From positions 2,111 through 34,110 of the forward strand of contig CAJTDX010000025.1 in NCBI GenBank assembly GCA_910575155.1: 32,000 nt of DNA. The letters run 5' to 3'. Shown piece after piece: positions 17,123 to 25,535 of this stretch (positions within the stretch are counted from its first letter, which is position 1; each line of letters opens with the position of its first letter). The position numbers and the translations under genes are program-made. The stretch comes from Lachnospiraceae bacterium. Its GTDB lineage: Bacteria; Bacillota; Clostridia; Lachnospirales; Lachnospiraceae. The notes under the pieces were generated by a model. That model was not told the origin of the DNA. It worked only from the letters and a program-made list of their open reading frames with translations, and did no database searches.

Positions 17123-17986
17123 ATGAGCATCTATGACGTATTCAGCGGCGGCAGCAGAGCCTTTAACAAAGAGGAATGGGCTGCCCAAAAGCAGGAGCAG
17201 CGGAAAGAAGCCTATGAGCTAATAGATAATGCCTGCTCGGAAATGATGGTAAATGGCGACAACTTCCGTCAGTATCTTGACGTGCAGGGGCATTTTGACC
17301 GCTACTCCGTCAATAATGCAATCTTAGTTTCGGCACAGATGCCCGAAGCGACACAGTTAAAAGATTATGGGAGTTGGAAACAGAGCCGTGCCTATATGGA
17401 TAAGGACGCACAGAAAGTCACCATCCTTGAGCCAGGGAAAGAATACCAGCGGGAGGACGGCTCAAAGGCGGTCGGCTACAATGCAAAAGTAGTCTATGAC
17501 GTTTCCCAGACTTCGGCAAAAGACAAGCAGCCGCCGCAGGAGCAGAAAACCATGCGGGAGCTTGTGTCGGCGATGATTGATGCAAGCCCCGTTTCCTTTG
17601 TGCCAATGGACGACCTTGAGCTGCCTGCGTGCTATGACAGCTCACAGCAGACCATCTTTATCAGGACAGGGCTTTCCGAGGAACAGCTTTTTGTCAGCAT
17701 GGCAAAGGAAGTGTCGGCGGCGGTCTTTGACTGCAAGCACAAGGAGAGCCGTGATGATTCCGATTTCAAATCGTTCTGCGTCGCCTATATGGTAAGCTCC
17801 CGTTACGGCGTGGACACAAAGGGATTTAGCTTTGACAAACTCCCGAAAGAGTTTGAGGGCATGGAAACGCAGGAATTTAAGGGCGAGCTTGGCTCGATGC
17901 GTGACGTCCTCGGAGAAATCCAGTCGGATATGTATAAGAGCCTTGAGAAGAACAAGCCGCCCAAATCCAAAGGGCAGGAACGCTAA
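17123..17986 (+). CDS. ArdC-like ssDNA-binding N-domain protein
   Basis: FRQYLDVQGHFDRYSVNNAILVSAQMPEATQLKDYGSWKQ...KVTILEP fits the ArdC_N pattern (S..N..L...Q.P.AT....W). RBS AAAGGAG. Confidence 0.45.
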   Translation: MSIYDVFSGGSRAFNKEEWAAQKQEQRKEAYELIDNACSEMMVNGDNFRQYLDVQGHFDRYSVNNAILVSAQMPEATQLKDYGSWKQSRAYMDKDAQKVTILEPGKEYQREDGSKAVGYNAKVVYDVSQTSAKDKQPPQEQKTMRELVSAMIDASPVSFVPMDDLELPACYDSSQQTIFIRTGLSEEQLFVSMAKEVSAAVFDCKHKESRDDSDFKSFCVAYMVSSRYGVDTKGFSFDKLPKEFEGMETQEFKGELGSMRDVLGEIQSDMYKSLEKNKPPKSKGQER

Positions 17987-18001
17987 TCGGAGGTGCAGCC
18001 T

Positions 18002-18199
18002 ATGAAAGAACAACGATACCATCTGGCATTGGATAAATATGATAAAAATATTGTCCTCAACGCCCTCAATACCCTGCGGACACAGCAGATACAGGAGGAA
18101 CGCCCCACCGAGCCTGTTGACGAGCTGATACGCAGGGTGGCATTCGCCCCGACCAAGAAAGTAAAGGTCGCCCTATGCAAGTGCCATGAAGAACGGTGA
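18002..18199 (+). CDS. small conserved ICE protein preceding the coupling protein
   Basis: ATG at 18002 after GGAGGTG. 65 aa. Overlaps the VirD4 start by 14 nt. Confidence 0.5.
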   Translation: MKEQRYHLALDKYDKNIVLNALNTLRTQQIQEERPTEPVDELIRRVAFAPTKKVKVALCKCHEER

Positions 18200-19979
18200 C
18201 GATTACAAAGTGAGCCTAATCCTCTCCCTGTTTGGCATTATCCCTGTCGTGTGGCTTGCCCTGCTGACAGCCCCTTATGTCAGCGGCGGCATTGTGGAGA
18301 TTATAGAGAATCTATCCGTGGCAATCAACAATCCGTTTTCCATAACGGTGTGTAAGGACAGCATAAGGACTGTCCTTATTTTTCTGCTTGCCTACGGCAT
18401 GGGAATCGGCGTTTATTTCTCCACACGCAGGAACTACCGCAAAGGGGAGGAACACGGTTCTGCAAAATGGGGCAACGCAGGCACTCTCAATAAAAAGTAC
18501 CGAGATAAAAACGCATCAGAAAACAAGCTGCTGACCCAGAGCGTCCGCATCGGGCTTGACGGGAAGAAGCATAGGAGGAACTTGAATATCCTCGTGGTGG
18601 GCGGCTCTGGTGCAGGAAAGACCAGATTTTTTTGTAAGCCCAATGTCATGCAATGTAATACGTCAATGGTAATCTTAGACCCCAAAGGCGAGATTGTCCG
18701 TGACACGGGCGGGCTGCTTGAGAAAAAAGGCTATGAGGTGCGGGTGCTTGATTTAATCAATATGCACAAGAGCCACTGCTACAACCCGTTTGTCTATCTT
18801 CGGAACGACAACGACGTGCAGCGGCTTGTGACGAATCTCTTTAAGGCAACCACGCCAAAAGGAAGCCAGTCGCAAGACCCGTTCTGGGACACGGCGGCAA
18901 GTATGCTGCTTTTGTCCCTCGTGTTCTATCTGAAATATGAAGCCCCGCCAGAGGAACAGAATTTCCCGATGGTGATGGAGCTTTTAAGGGCGGGCGAGGT
19001 ACGGGAGGACGACGACGGCTATGTAAGCCCGCTTGACGAACTGTTTGACCGTCTGGAAATGGTGAACCCAGAGCATATCGCATTAAAGTATTACAGAGAT
19101 TATCATTCTGGTTCAGCCAAAACGCTAAAGAGCATCCAGATAACCCTTGCCGCAAGGCTTGAGAAGTTCAATTTGGAAAGTCTTGCATCCTTGACCGCTA
19201 CGGACGAACTGGATTTGCCGTCTTTGGGGGAGAAGAAAGTCGCACTGTTCGCACTGATACCAGACAACGACACCAGTTTTAATTTCCTTGTGTCGCTGTT
19301 ATACACGCAGCTATTCCAACAGTTATTCTACCTTGCCGACCACAAGTACGGCGGGAGCCTGCCCGTCCACTGCCAGTTTATAATGGATGAATTTGCGAAC
19401 GTCAGTTTGTCAGATGACTTTGACAAGATACTGTCAGTTATGAGGTCAAGGGGCGTGTCCGTTTCGATTATCCTGCAAAATCTGGCACAGCTTAAAGCCC
19501 TGTTTGAGAAACAGTGGGAAAGCATCGTCGGGAACGCCGATGAGTTCCTCTATCTCGGCGGCAACGAGCAGAGTACCCATAAGTTTGTAAGTGAGCTTCT
19601 TGGAAAAGCGACGATAGACACAAACACCTACGGGAAAAGCTCTGGACGGAGCGGCAACTATTCCACTAACTACCAGATTTCGGGGCGTGAGCTTTTAACC
19701 CCAGACGAGGTGCGTATGCTTGACAACCGCTATGCACTTCTTTTTGTGCGTGGGGAACGCCCCGTGATGGATTTAAAGTATGACATCTTGAAACACCCGA
19801 ATGTGAAGCTGACCGCCGACGGCGGGAAGCCGCCGTATCTCCACGGAGAGCCGACGCAGGCGGTCGCAACCCTTGTGTTTGACGATGCGTTGCTGATGGA
19901 CGCAAAGAGCATGGAAACGGTCAGCACATCCTATGAGCTTCTGTCCGACGAGGACTTGGAAGAAATATTCAATTTATAA
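18186..19979 (+). CDS. VirD4/TraG-type type IV coupling protein
   Basis: 597 aa with N-terminal TM helices. Walker A is VVGGSGAGKT and Walker B is FIMDEFAN. Confidence 0.9.
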   Translation: MKNGDDYKVSLILSLFGIIPVVWLALLTAPYVSGGIVEIIENLSVAINNPFSITVCKDSIRTVLIFLLAYGMGIGVYFSTRRNYRKGEEHGSAKWGNAGTLNKKYRDKNASENKLLTQSVRIGLDGKKHRRNLNILVVGGSGAGKTRFFCKPNVMQCNTSMVILDPKGEIVRDTGGLLEKKGYEVRVLDLINMHKSHCYNPFVYLRNDNDVQRLVTNLFKATTPKGSQSQDPFWDTAASMLLLSLVFYLKYEAPPEEQNFPMVMELLRAGEVREDDDGYVSPLDELFDRLEMVNPEHIALKYYRDYHSGSAKTLKSIQITLAARLEKFNLESLASLTATDELDLPSLGEKKVALFALIPDNDTSFNFLVSLLYTQLFQQLFYLADHKYGGSLPVHCQFIMDEFANVSLSDDFDKILSVMRSRGVSVSIILQNLAQLKALFEKQWESIVGNADEFLYLGGNEQSTHKFVSELLGKATIDTNTYGKSSGRSGNYSTNYQISGRELLTPDEVRMLDNRYALLFVRGERPVMDLKYDILKHPNVKLTADGGKPPYLHGEPTQAVATLVFDDALLMDAKSMETVSTSYELLSDEDLEEIFNL

Positions 19980-19993
19980 GGAGGAATCACCCT

Positions 19994-20350
19994 ATGAAAC
20001 TTTTTAAGAAAAACGAGAACAACCAGAGCAAAGCAACCCAGAAACTGCCGATGGGCAGAAAGGCAAGAAAGGCGTTTGCCGTGTATGCAGCCCTTGTATT
20101 CTGCATGGTTTTCGGAACGACTACCGCCTTTGCCGCCAATGACCCGATTGCCGTGGTAAACAACCTGTCAAACTTTATCTTCGGTCTGATTAAGGCGGTC
20201 GGGATGATTATGCTCGGCTTCGCCATCGTGCAGGTGGGCTTGTCGCTGAAATCCCACGACCCGTCCCAGAGGGCGAACGGTTTTCTGACCCTTGCGGGCG
20301 GCGTTGTGATTACCTTTGCAAAAGAGATTCTGACCCTCATCACAGGCTAA
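19994..20350 (+). CDS. Maff2 family small membrane protein
   Basis: 118 aa, RBS AAGGAGG. Has a signal/TM segment followed by NFIFGLIKAVGMIMLGFAIVQVGLSLKSHDPSQRANG, recalled as Maff2. Confidence 0.7.
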   Translation: MKLFKKNENNQSKATQKLPMGRKARKAFAVYAALVFCMVFGTTTAFAANDPIAVVNNLSNFIFGLIKAVGMIMLGFAIVQVGLSLKSHDPSQRANGFLTLAGGVVITFAKEILTLITG

Positions 20351-20389
20351 TGTAAAACAGACTGAAATTAGCAGACTGACACAAGACAG

Positions 20390-20440
20390 GGATAACGGGG
20401 CAGATCCGCTCTGCGGAACTTGCCCCGTTATCCAATTTTA
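20390..20440 (+). terminator. strong hairpin with T-run between the Maff2 and VirB6-like genes
   Basis: Perfect 13-bp stem ggataacggggca (20390-20402) / tgccccgttatcc (20421-20433) with an 18-nt loop, followed by AATTTTA. Confidence 0.5.
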
Positions 20441-20458
20441 AGAACGGAGGTGGTTTAT

Positions 20459-21178
20459 GTGTCTGATAACTGGGTAGTCCAGAACTTGGAGAACGCCCTT
20501 AACACCTGGAATGGGAAGTTAGCCGAGATATGGCAGCTCATTACCCAATCCCCAGAGAACTTCAAAGGCGGTGCGATATGGAAAGTCATCATTGACATCC
20601 ACGGTGCATTGCAGGCAATCGGGCTTGCCCTGCTCGTGCTGTTCTTTGTCGTGGGCGTGATGCGTACCTGCGGCGACTTTGCAAGCGTAAAAAAGCCCGA
20701 ACACGCATTGAAGCTGTTTATCCGCTTCGCACTTGCCAAAGGTGCGGTGACTTACGGATTGGAGCTGATGATGGCTCTGTTCCAGATAGTGCAGGGTGTG
20801 ATTTCTACGATTATGAAAGCCGCAGGCTTCGGCACGGCTCAAAAGACGGTATTGCCGCAGGAGATAGTGACAGCCGTGGAGGACTGCGGCTTTTTTGAGA
20901 GCATCCCTCTGTGGGCGGTCACGCTTATTGGCGGGCTGTTTATCACAGTGCTGTCGTTCATTATGATAATGTCGGTGTATGGCAGGTTTTTTAAACTGTA
21001 CCTTTATACCGCAATCGCCCCTGTCCCTCTTTCCTCTTTTGCGGGAGAGCCGAGCCAGAATGTGGGCAGGAGCTTCATCAAGAGCTATTGTGCCGTGTGT
21101 CTTGAGGGGGCAATCATCGTCCTTGTCGGTGCGGTTAAGATGGCAGACCGTGTCGTGCGTGAAATGATGGGCTTGTAA
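20459..21178 (+). CDS. VirB6/TrbL-like polytopic membrane protein (CD1112-like)
   Basis: GTG start at 20459, 7 nt after GGAGGTGG (MSDNWVVQNLENAL...). Several TM segments and the conserved ending KMADRVVREMMGL. Confidence 0.7.
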   Translation: MSDNWVVQNLENALNTWNGKLAEIWQLITQSPENFKGGAIWKVIIDIHGALQAIGLALLVLFFVVGVMRTCGDFASVKKPEHALKLFIRFALAKGAVTYGLELMMALFQIVQGVISTIMKAAGFGTAQKTVLPQEIVTAVEDCGFFESIPLWAVTLIGGLFITVLSFIMIMSVYGRFFKLYLYTAIAPVPLSSFAGEPSQNVGRSFIKSYCAVCLEGAIIVLVGAVKMADRVVREMMGL

Positions 21179-21204
21179 TTATCAATCAGGAAAGGAAAAT
21201 TGAA

Positions 21205-21441
21205 ATGAAAAAAGAAACGATGTATTACCAGAATTATTATATCCATTTGTTAAATGGAGAAGTCATTGGGGCTTCCGAAGCCTATGACCTGCCTACTGAA
21301 AAAGGATTGGTCGGAAAATTTGAAAAAGCTGACGATAACGAGATGTTTGAAATCGGGGATGCCATTTCTGGATTTGCATATATTCCGAAACGCAGCATCC
21401 TCTTTATATCGACGGGGGATGTCAGGGAGGAGAGGCACTGA
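21205..21441 (+). CDS. hypothetical 78-aa protein, AT-rich
   Basis: RBS AGGAAAGGAAAA. The ORF fills the gap between the VirB6-like and PrgI genes. Family not recognised. Confidence 0.5.
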   Translation: MKKETMYYQNYYIHLLNGEVIGASEAYDLPTEKGLVGKFEKADDNEMFEIGDAISGFAYIPKRSILFISTGDVREERH

Positions 21442-21442
21442 T

Positions 21443-21919
21443 ATGGAAGTCAAGATAAATAAGGAAATCCGCAACTATACGGAGAGTATGTTTTTCGGGC
21501 TGTCGATGCGGCAGTTCCTTTTCTCTGTCCTTGCCTGCGGCGTGGCGGTGGGCTTGTTTTTTCTGCTCCGTGGCAGGTTCGGGATGGAAACCGTGAGCTG
21601 GATGTGCGTTCTGGGTGCTTCGCCCTTTGCGGTGATGGGATTTGTAAGGTACAACGGCATGACCGCAGAGCAGTTTGTGTGGGCGTGGATAAAATCGGAG
21701 TTCATTATGCCGAAGAAGCTCCTGTTTGTGCCAGAGAATCTATATTACGAAGCGGTAAAGAACGCCATTGAAGCCCATGAAAAGGGGACGTCCGCAGTGC
21801 AGAAAAAGAGGAAGAAACGGAAACGCAGGGCGAAAAGAAGCAGGGAAACGTGGAAAACAGAAAAGGCAGGAAAGAAGAATAAAAAAGTAAGGAAGCGTAA
21901 GGAGGTAGACCATGATTAA
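21443..21919 (+). CDS. PrgI (VirB3-like) family protein with a highly basic tail
   Basis: Internal ATG at 21443 after GGGAGGAGAGG. MEVKINKEIRNYTESMFFGLSMRQFLF followed by two TM helices. Overlaps the VirB4 start by 8 nt. Confidence 0.7.
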   Translation: MEVKINKEIRNYTESMFFGLSMRQFLFSVLACGVAVGLFFLLRGRFGMETVSWMCVLGASPFAVMGFVRYNGMTAEQFVWAWIKSEFIMPKKLLFVPENLYYEAVKNAIEAHEKGTSAVQKKRKKRKRRAKRSRETWKTEKAGKKNKKVRKRKEVDHD

Positions 21920-24245
21920 GACGCTCAGGAATCTGTTCAAGCAGGATAAGGAGAAATTTGCCGTGCCGAAATCGGTGCAGGCGGTCATCCCGTTAAAGAC
22001 CATGTGGGAGGACGGTATTTTCCTTGTGGGCAGGAATAAATACGCAAAGACATTCAAGTTTGAAGATATTAACTATGCCGTGGCGAGCCGTGAGGACAAG
22101 GAAGCCATGTTCCTTGAATACTCGGAGCTTCTCAATGCCCTCGACAGCGGGGCGACCACGAAAATCACCATCAACAACCGCAGGCTCAACAAGGCGGATT
22201 TTGAGCAGACCATCCTTATCCCGATGGCGGAGAACGGTTTGGACAAATACCGTAAGGAATATAACAAGATGCTGCTTGATAAGGCGACGGGGGCTAATTC
22301 CATCGTGCAGAACAAATATGTGACAATCTCCGTCTGCAAGAAGAATATCGAAGAAGCGAGGAATTATTTTGCCCGTGTGGGTGCTGACCTTATCGGGCAT
22401 TTTAACCGTCTTGGCTCGAAGTGTGTGGAACTGGATGCAAGTGACAAGCTGCGTATCTTCCACGATTTTTACCGCACAGGCGAAGAAACGGCGTTTTCCT
22501 TTGACATGGCACAGACCATGCGGAAAGGTCACGACTTCAAGGATTATATCTGCCCCGACTCCTTTGAGTTTGAGAAAGATTATTTCCGCATCGGCAACCG
22601 TTACGGGCGTGTGATTTTCCTCAGAGAGTACGCAGCCTATATCAAGGACAGCATGGTGGCGGAACTTTGCGAATTAAACCGTAACATGATGCTCTCCGTC
22701 GATGTCGTCCCTGTCCCTACGGATGAAGCCGTAAGGGAAGTGGAGAATCGTCTTTTAGGTGTGGAAACCAATATCACGAACTGGCAGAGGAAACAGAACC
22801 AGAACAATAACTTTTCCGCTGTTATCCCCTATGATTTGGAGCAGCAGAGAAAGGAAAGCAAGGAGTTCCTCGATGATTTGACGACCCGTGACCAGAGGAT
22901 GATGTTCGCCGTGCTTACGATGGTGCATACCGCAGACACCAAAGAGCAGCTTGACAATGACACCGAAGCATTACTCACGACAGCGAGAAAGCATCTCTGC
23001 CAGTTTGCCGTGCTTAAATTTCAGCAGATGGACGGTCTGAATACCGCCCTGCCGTTCGGCGTAAGGAAGATTGATGCCCTGCGTACCCTCACCACGGAGA
23101 GCCTTGCGGTATTTATCCCGTTCCGTGTGCAGGAAATCTACCATAAGGACGGCGTGTATTACGGTCAGAATGTAATCTCAAAAAACATGATTATTGCAAA
23201 CCGCCGCCATCTTTTGAACGGCAATTCCTTTATCCTCGGCGTGTCTGGTGCAGGCAAGTCGTTCACGGCGAAAGAGGAAATGACGAACATCATTCTGACC
23301 GACCCTAACGCAGATGTCTTAGTAATAGATCCCGAACGAGACTACGCCCCTCTTGTAAAGGCGATGCAGGGCGAGGTTATCCACATCTCGGCGACGAGCG
23401 ACAACCACATCAACGCTATGGACATGAACTCTGATTACGGCGATGGTGCAAATCCTGTCATTTTAAAATCAGAGTTTATCTTATCCCTCTGCGAGCAGCT
23501 TATCGGCGGGGCAAGCCTTGGGGCAAAGCAGAAATCCATCATTGACCGCTGTACGGCGAGCGTGTACCGCTATTATCAGCAGGGGAACTATATGGGGATA
23601 CCACCGACTTTGCAGGACTTCCGTGAGGAACTGTTAAAGCAGGATGAGCCAGAAGCACAGGAAATCGCCCTTGCGATTGAGCTTTTCACGGACGGCTCAC
23701 TCAATACCTTTGCCAAGCATACCAACGTGGACACCCACAGCCGCCTTATCTGTCATGACATTCTGGATTTAGGCAAGCAGTTACAGCCTATCGGTATGCT
23801 TGTGGTGCTTGACAGCATCCTAAACCGTATCACGATGAACAGGGCGAAAGGCAGGAACACGTTTATTTTCATTGACGAAATCTATCTGCTGTTTCAGCAT
23901 GAGTACAGTGCCAACTTCCTCTTTACCCTCTGGAAGCGTGTGCGTAAGTACGGGGCGTACTGTACTGGAATCACGCAGAACGTGGACGACCTGTTGCAGA
24001 GCCATACGGCGAGGACGATGCTTGCCAACTCTGAATTTATCATCATGCTGAACCAGGCATCGACAGACCGTATCGAGCTTGCGAAGCTCCTTAACATCTC
24101 CGATTTGCAGATGAGCTATATCACGAATGTCGGTGCGGGGCAGGGGCTTTTGAAAGTGGGCAGCTCCCTTGTGCCGTTCGTCAACAAGTTCCCACGCAAT
24201 ACGGAGCTGTATAAGCTGATGACGACGAAATTTGGGGAGGTGTAA
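21912..24245 (+). CDS. VirB4-family T4SS ATPase
   Basis: 777 aa, RBS AAGGAGG. Walker A is GVSGAGKSF and Walker B is FIFIDEIY. Confidence 0.9.
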   Translation: MIKTLRNLFKQDKEKFAVPKSVQAVIPLKTMWEDGIFLVGRNKYAKTFKFEDINYAVASREDKEAMFLEYSELLNALDSGATTKITINNRRLNKADFEQTILIPMAENGLDKYRKEYNKMLLDKATGANSIVQNKYVTISVCKKNIEEARNYFARVGADLIGHFNRLGSKCVELDASDKLRIFHDFYRTGEETAFSFDMAQTMRKGHDFKDYICPDSFEFEKDYFRIGNRYGRVIFLREYAAYIKDSMVAELCELNRNMMLSVDVVPVPTDEAVREVENRLLGVETNITNWQRKQNQNNNFSAVIPYDLEQQRKESKEFLDDLTTRDQRMMFAVLTMVHTADTKEQLDNDTEALLTTARKHLCQFAVLKFQQMDGLNTALPFGVRKIDALRTLTTESLAVFIPFRVQEIYHKDGVYYGQNVISKNMIIANRRHLLNGNSFILGVSGAGKSFTAKEEMTNIILTDPNADVLVIDPERDYAPLVKAMQGEVIHISATSDNHINAMDMNSDYGDGANPVILKSEFILSLCEQLIGGASLGAKQKSIIDRCTASVYRYYQQGNYMGIPPTLQDFREELLKQDEPEAQEIALAIELFTDGSLNTFAKHTNVDTHSRLICHDILDLGKQLQPIGMLVVLDSILNRITMNRAKGRNTFIFIDEIYLLFQHEYSANFLFTLWKRVRKYGAYCTGITQNVDDLLQSHTARTMLANSEFIIMLNQASTDRIELAKLLNISDLQMSYITNVGAGQGLLKVGSSLVPFVNKFPRNTELYKLMTTKFGEV

Positions 24246-24249
24246 ATCT

Positions 24250-24654
24250 ATGTCAGAGATAAGATTTCGCAATACGGCTCACCGTGATTTCTTTTTGGAG
24301 AACATGATGAAATGCAGGGTAAACGACTGTTACCACAGGGCGTTTTTCTATGTGATGGGGATTGCGGGGGAAACAAGGCAGAACATCAACGCAATGTTTG
24401 ACTTTAAGACGGACTGCATCAAGCCAGAGGGGATGCACGCAGGATGGCAGACAAGCGGCACGGTCAAGGTCTGCCACCTTGCCTTTAACCTCTGGAATGG
24501 ATATGCGGAGGAGAGGCGTGAGAAATATTCCACGCCAGAGGAATTGTTCTGCTGCGGGTTCGCCCCGTATTTCATGGAGGGCATCAAGGTAAGGTATCCC
24601 GAATATTGCAGGGATTTGCCTGCCCCTAAGAAACAGACGGAGCATACACGGTAG
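24250..24654 (+). CDS. DUF6075-like conserved ICE protein
   Basis: ATG at 24250 after GGGGAGG (MSEIRFRNTAHRDFFLENM...). The family name is from memory. Confidence 0.5.
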   Translation: MSEIRFRNTAHRDFFLENMMKCRVNDCYHRAFFYVMGIAGETRQNINAMFDFKTDCIKPEGMHAGWQTSGTVKVCHLAFNLWNGYAEERREKYSTPEELFCCGFAPYFMEGIKVRYPEYCRDLPAPKKQTEHTR

Positions 24655-24705
24655 AAACAAAGTTAAGAAAATGCTCAAGAAGCAGGGCAGAAATAAGGAA
24701 AGGAA

Positions 24706-25497
24706 ATGCCTATGAATGTAAAAAACTATAAAACCATTCTCTGTATCGCCGCCGCTGTCGCTTTTTTAGGAGCAGCGGTTTTTTGCGGCTTTAAGATTTA
24801 CAGCCATTACCAGCAGATAGACGAGCAGACGGAAGCCTTTGCGGAGATTGCCGAGGTCGTGGAGAACGCCGAGCCAGAGGAAGAACCGCCCAGAGAGAAA
24901 GATACGCCTGTCAGCGAGGGCGAGGACATCCTTGCAAAATACAAAGAGCTGTATTTGCAGAATGAGGATATGGTCGGTTGGATTACCATTGACGGAACAA
25001 GTATCAACTACCCTGTCATGCAGAGTAAAAACAATCCGAATTTCTATCTGAAGCACAGCTTTGAAAAGGGATACAGCGATTTGGGAGTGCCGTATATCCA
25101 AGAGGACTGCGACATCCTCACAAGCGACAATCTGGTTATCTACGGACACCACATCAAAGGCGGCAGGATGTTCGGGGCATTGGAAGATTACAAATCCAAG
25201 GGCTTTTATGAGAAGCATAAGACCATCCAGTTTGACACCCTCACGGAGCAGGCAGAGTATGAAATCATCGCCGTTTTTAAGACCGTGGCGTACAGCTCAC
25301 AGGGCTACCGCTATTATGATTTTGTCAATGCGGAAAATGAAAAAGAGTTTGATGCCTATGTCGGGAAGTGCAAAGAGCTTGCTTTGTATGATACGGGCGT
25401 GACCGCTGAATACGGCGATAAACTCATTACCCTGTCCACCTGCGAATACTCCGCACAAAACGGCAGGCTCGTAGTCGTGGCAAAAACGGCAAACTGA
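24706..25497 (+). CDS. srtB: class B sortase
   Basis: N-terminal TM anchor. Shows WITIDGTSINYPVMQ, VIYGHH (catalytic His) and LITLSTCEY (TLxTC Cys). The ATG at 24712 is an alternative start. Confidence 0.85.
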   Translation: MPMNVKNYKTILCIAAAVAFLGAAVFCGFKIYSHYQQIDEQTEAFAEIAEVVENAEPEEEPPREKDTPVSEGEDILAKYKELYLQNEDMVGWITIDGTSINYPVMQSKNNPNFYLKHSFEKGYSDLGVPYIQEDCDILTSDNLVIYGHHIKGGRMFGALEDYKSKGFYEKHKTIQFDTLTEQAEYEIIAVFKTVAYSSQGYRYYDFVNAENEKEFDAYVGKCKELALYDTGVTAEYGDKLITLSTCEYSAQNGRLVVVAKTAN

Positions 25498-25535
25498 TAT
25501 GACCGTAAATCCTCTGGGAAAGGAGGTCGGATTTT

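Noticed and set aside
16742-18180. Minus-strand ORFs 16742-17188 (148 aa), 17642-18022 (126 aa) and 17983-18180
   Set aside because: They are antisense to the PcfB tail, the ArdC-like gene and the small ICE gene. They are a compositional artefact.
21993-24272. Minus-strand ORFs within virB4 (21993-22532 at 179 aa, 23820-24272 at 150 aa, and others)
   Set aside because: The sense frame carries Walker A/B motifs and spans the whole region. The antisense ORFs have no support.
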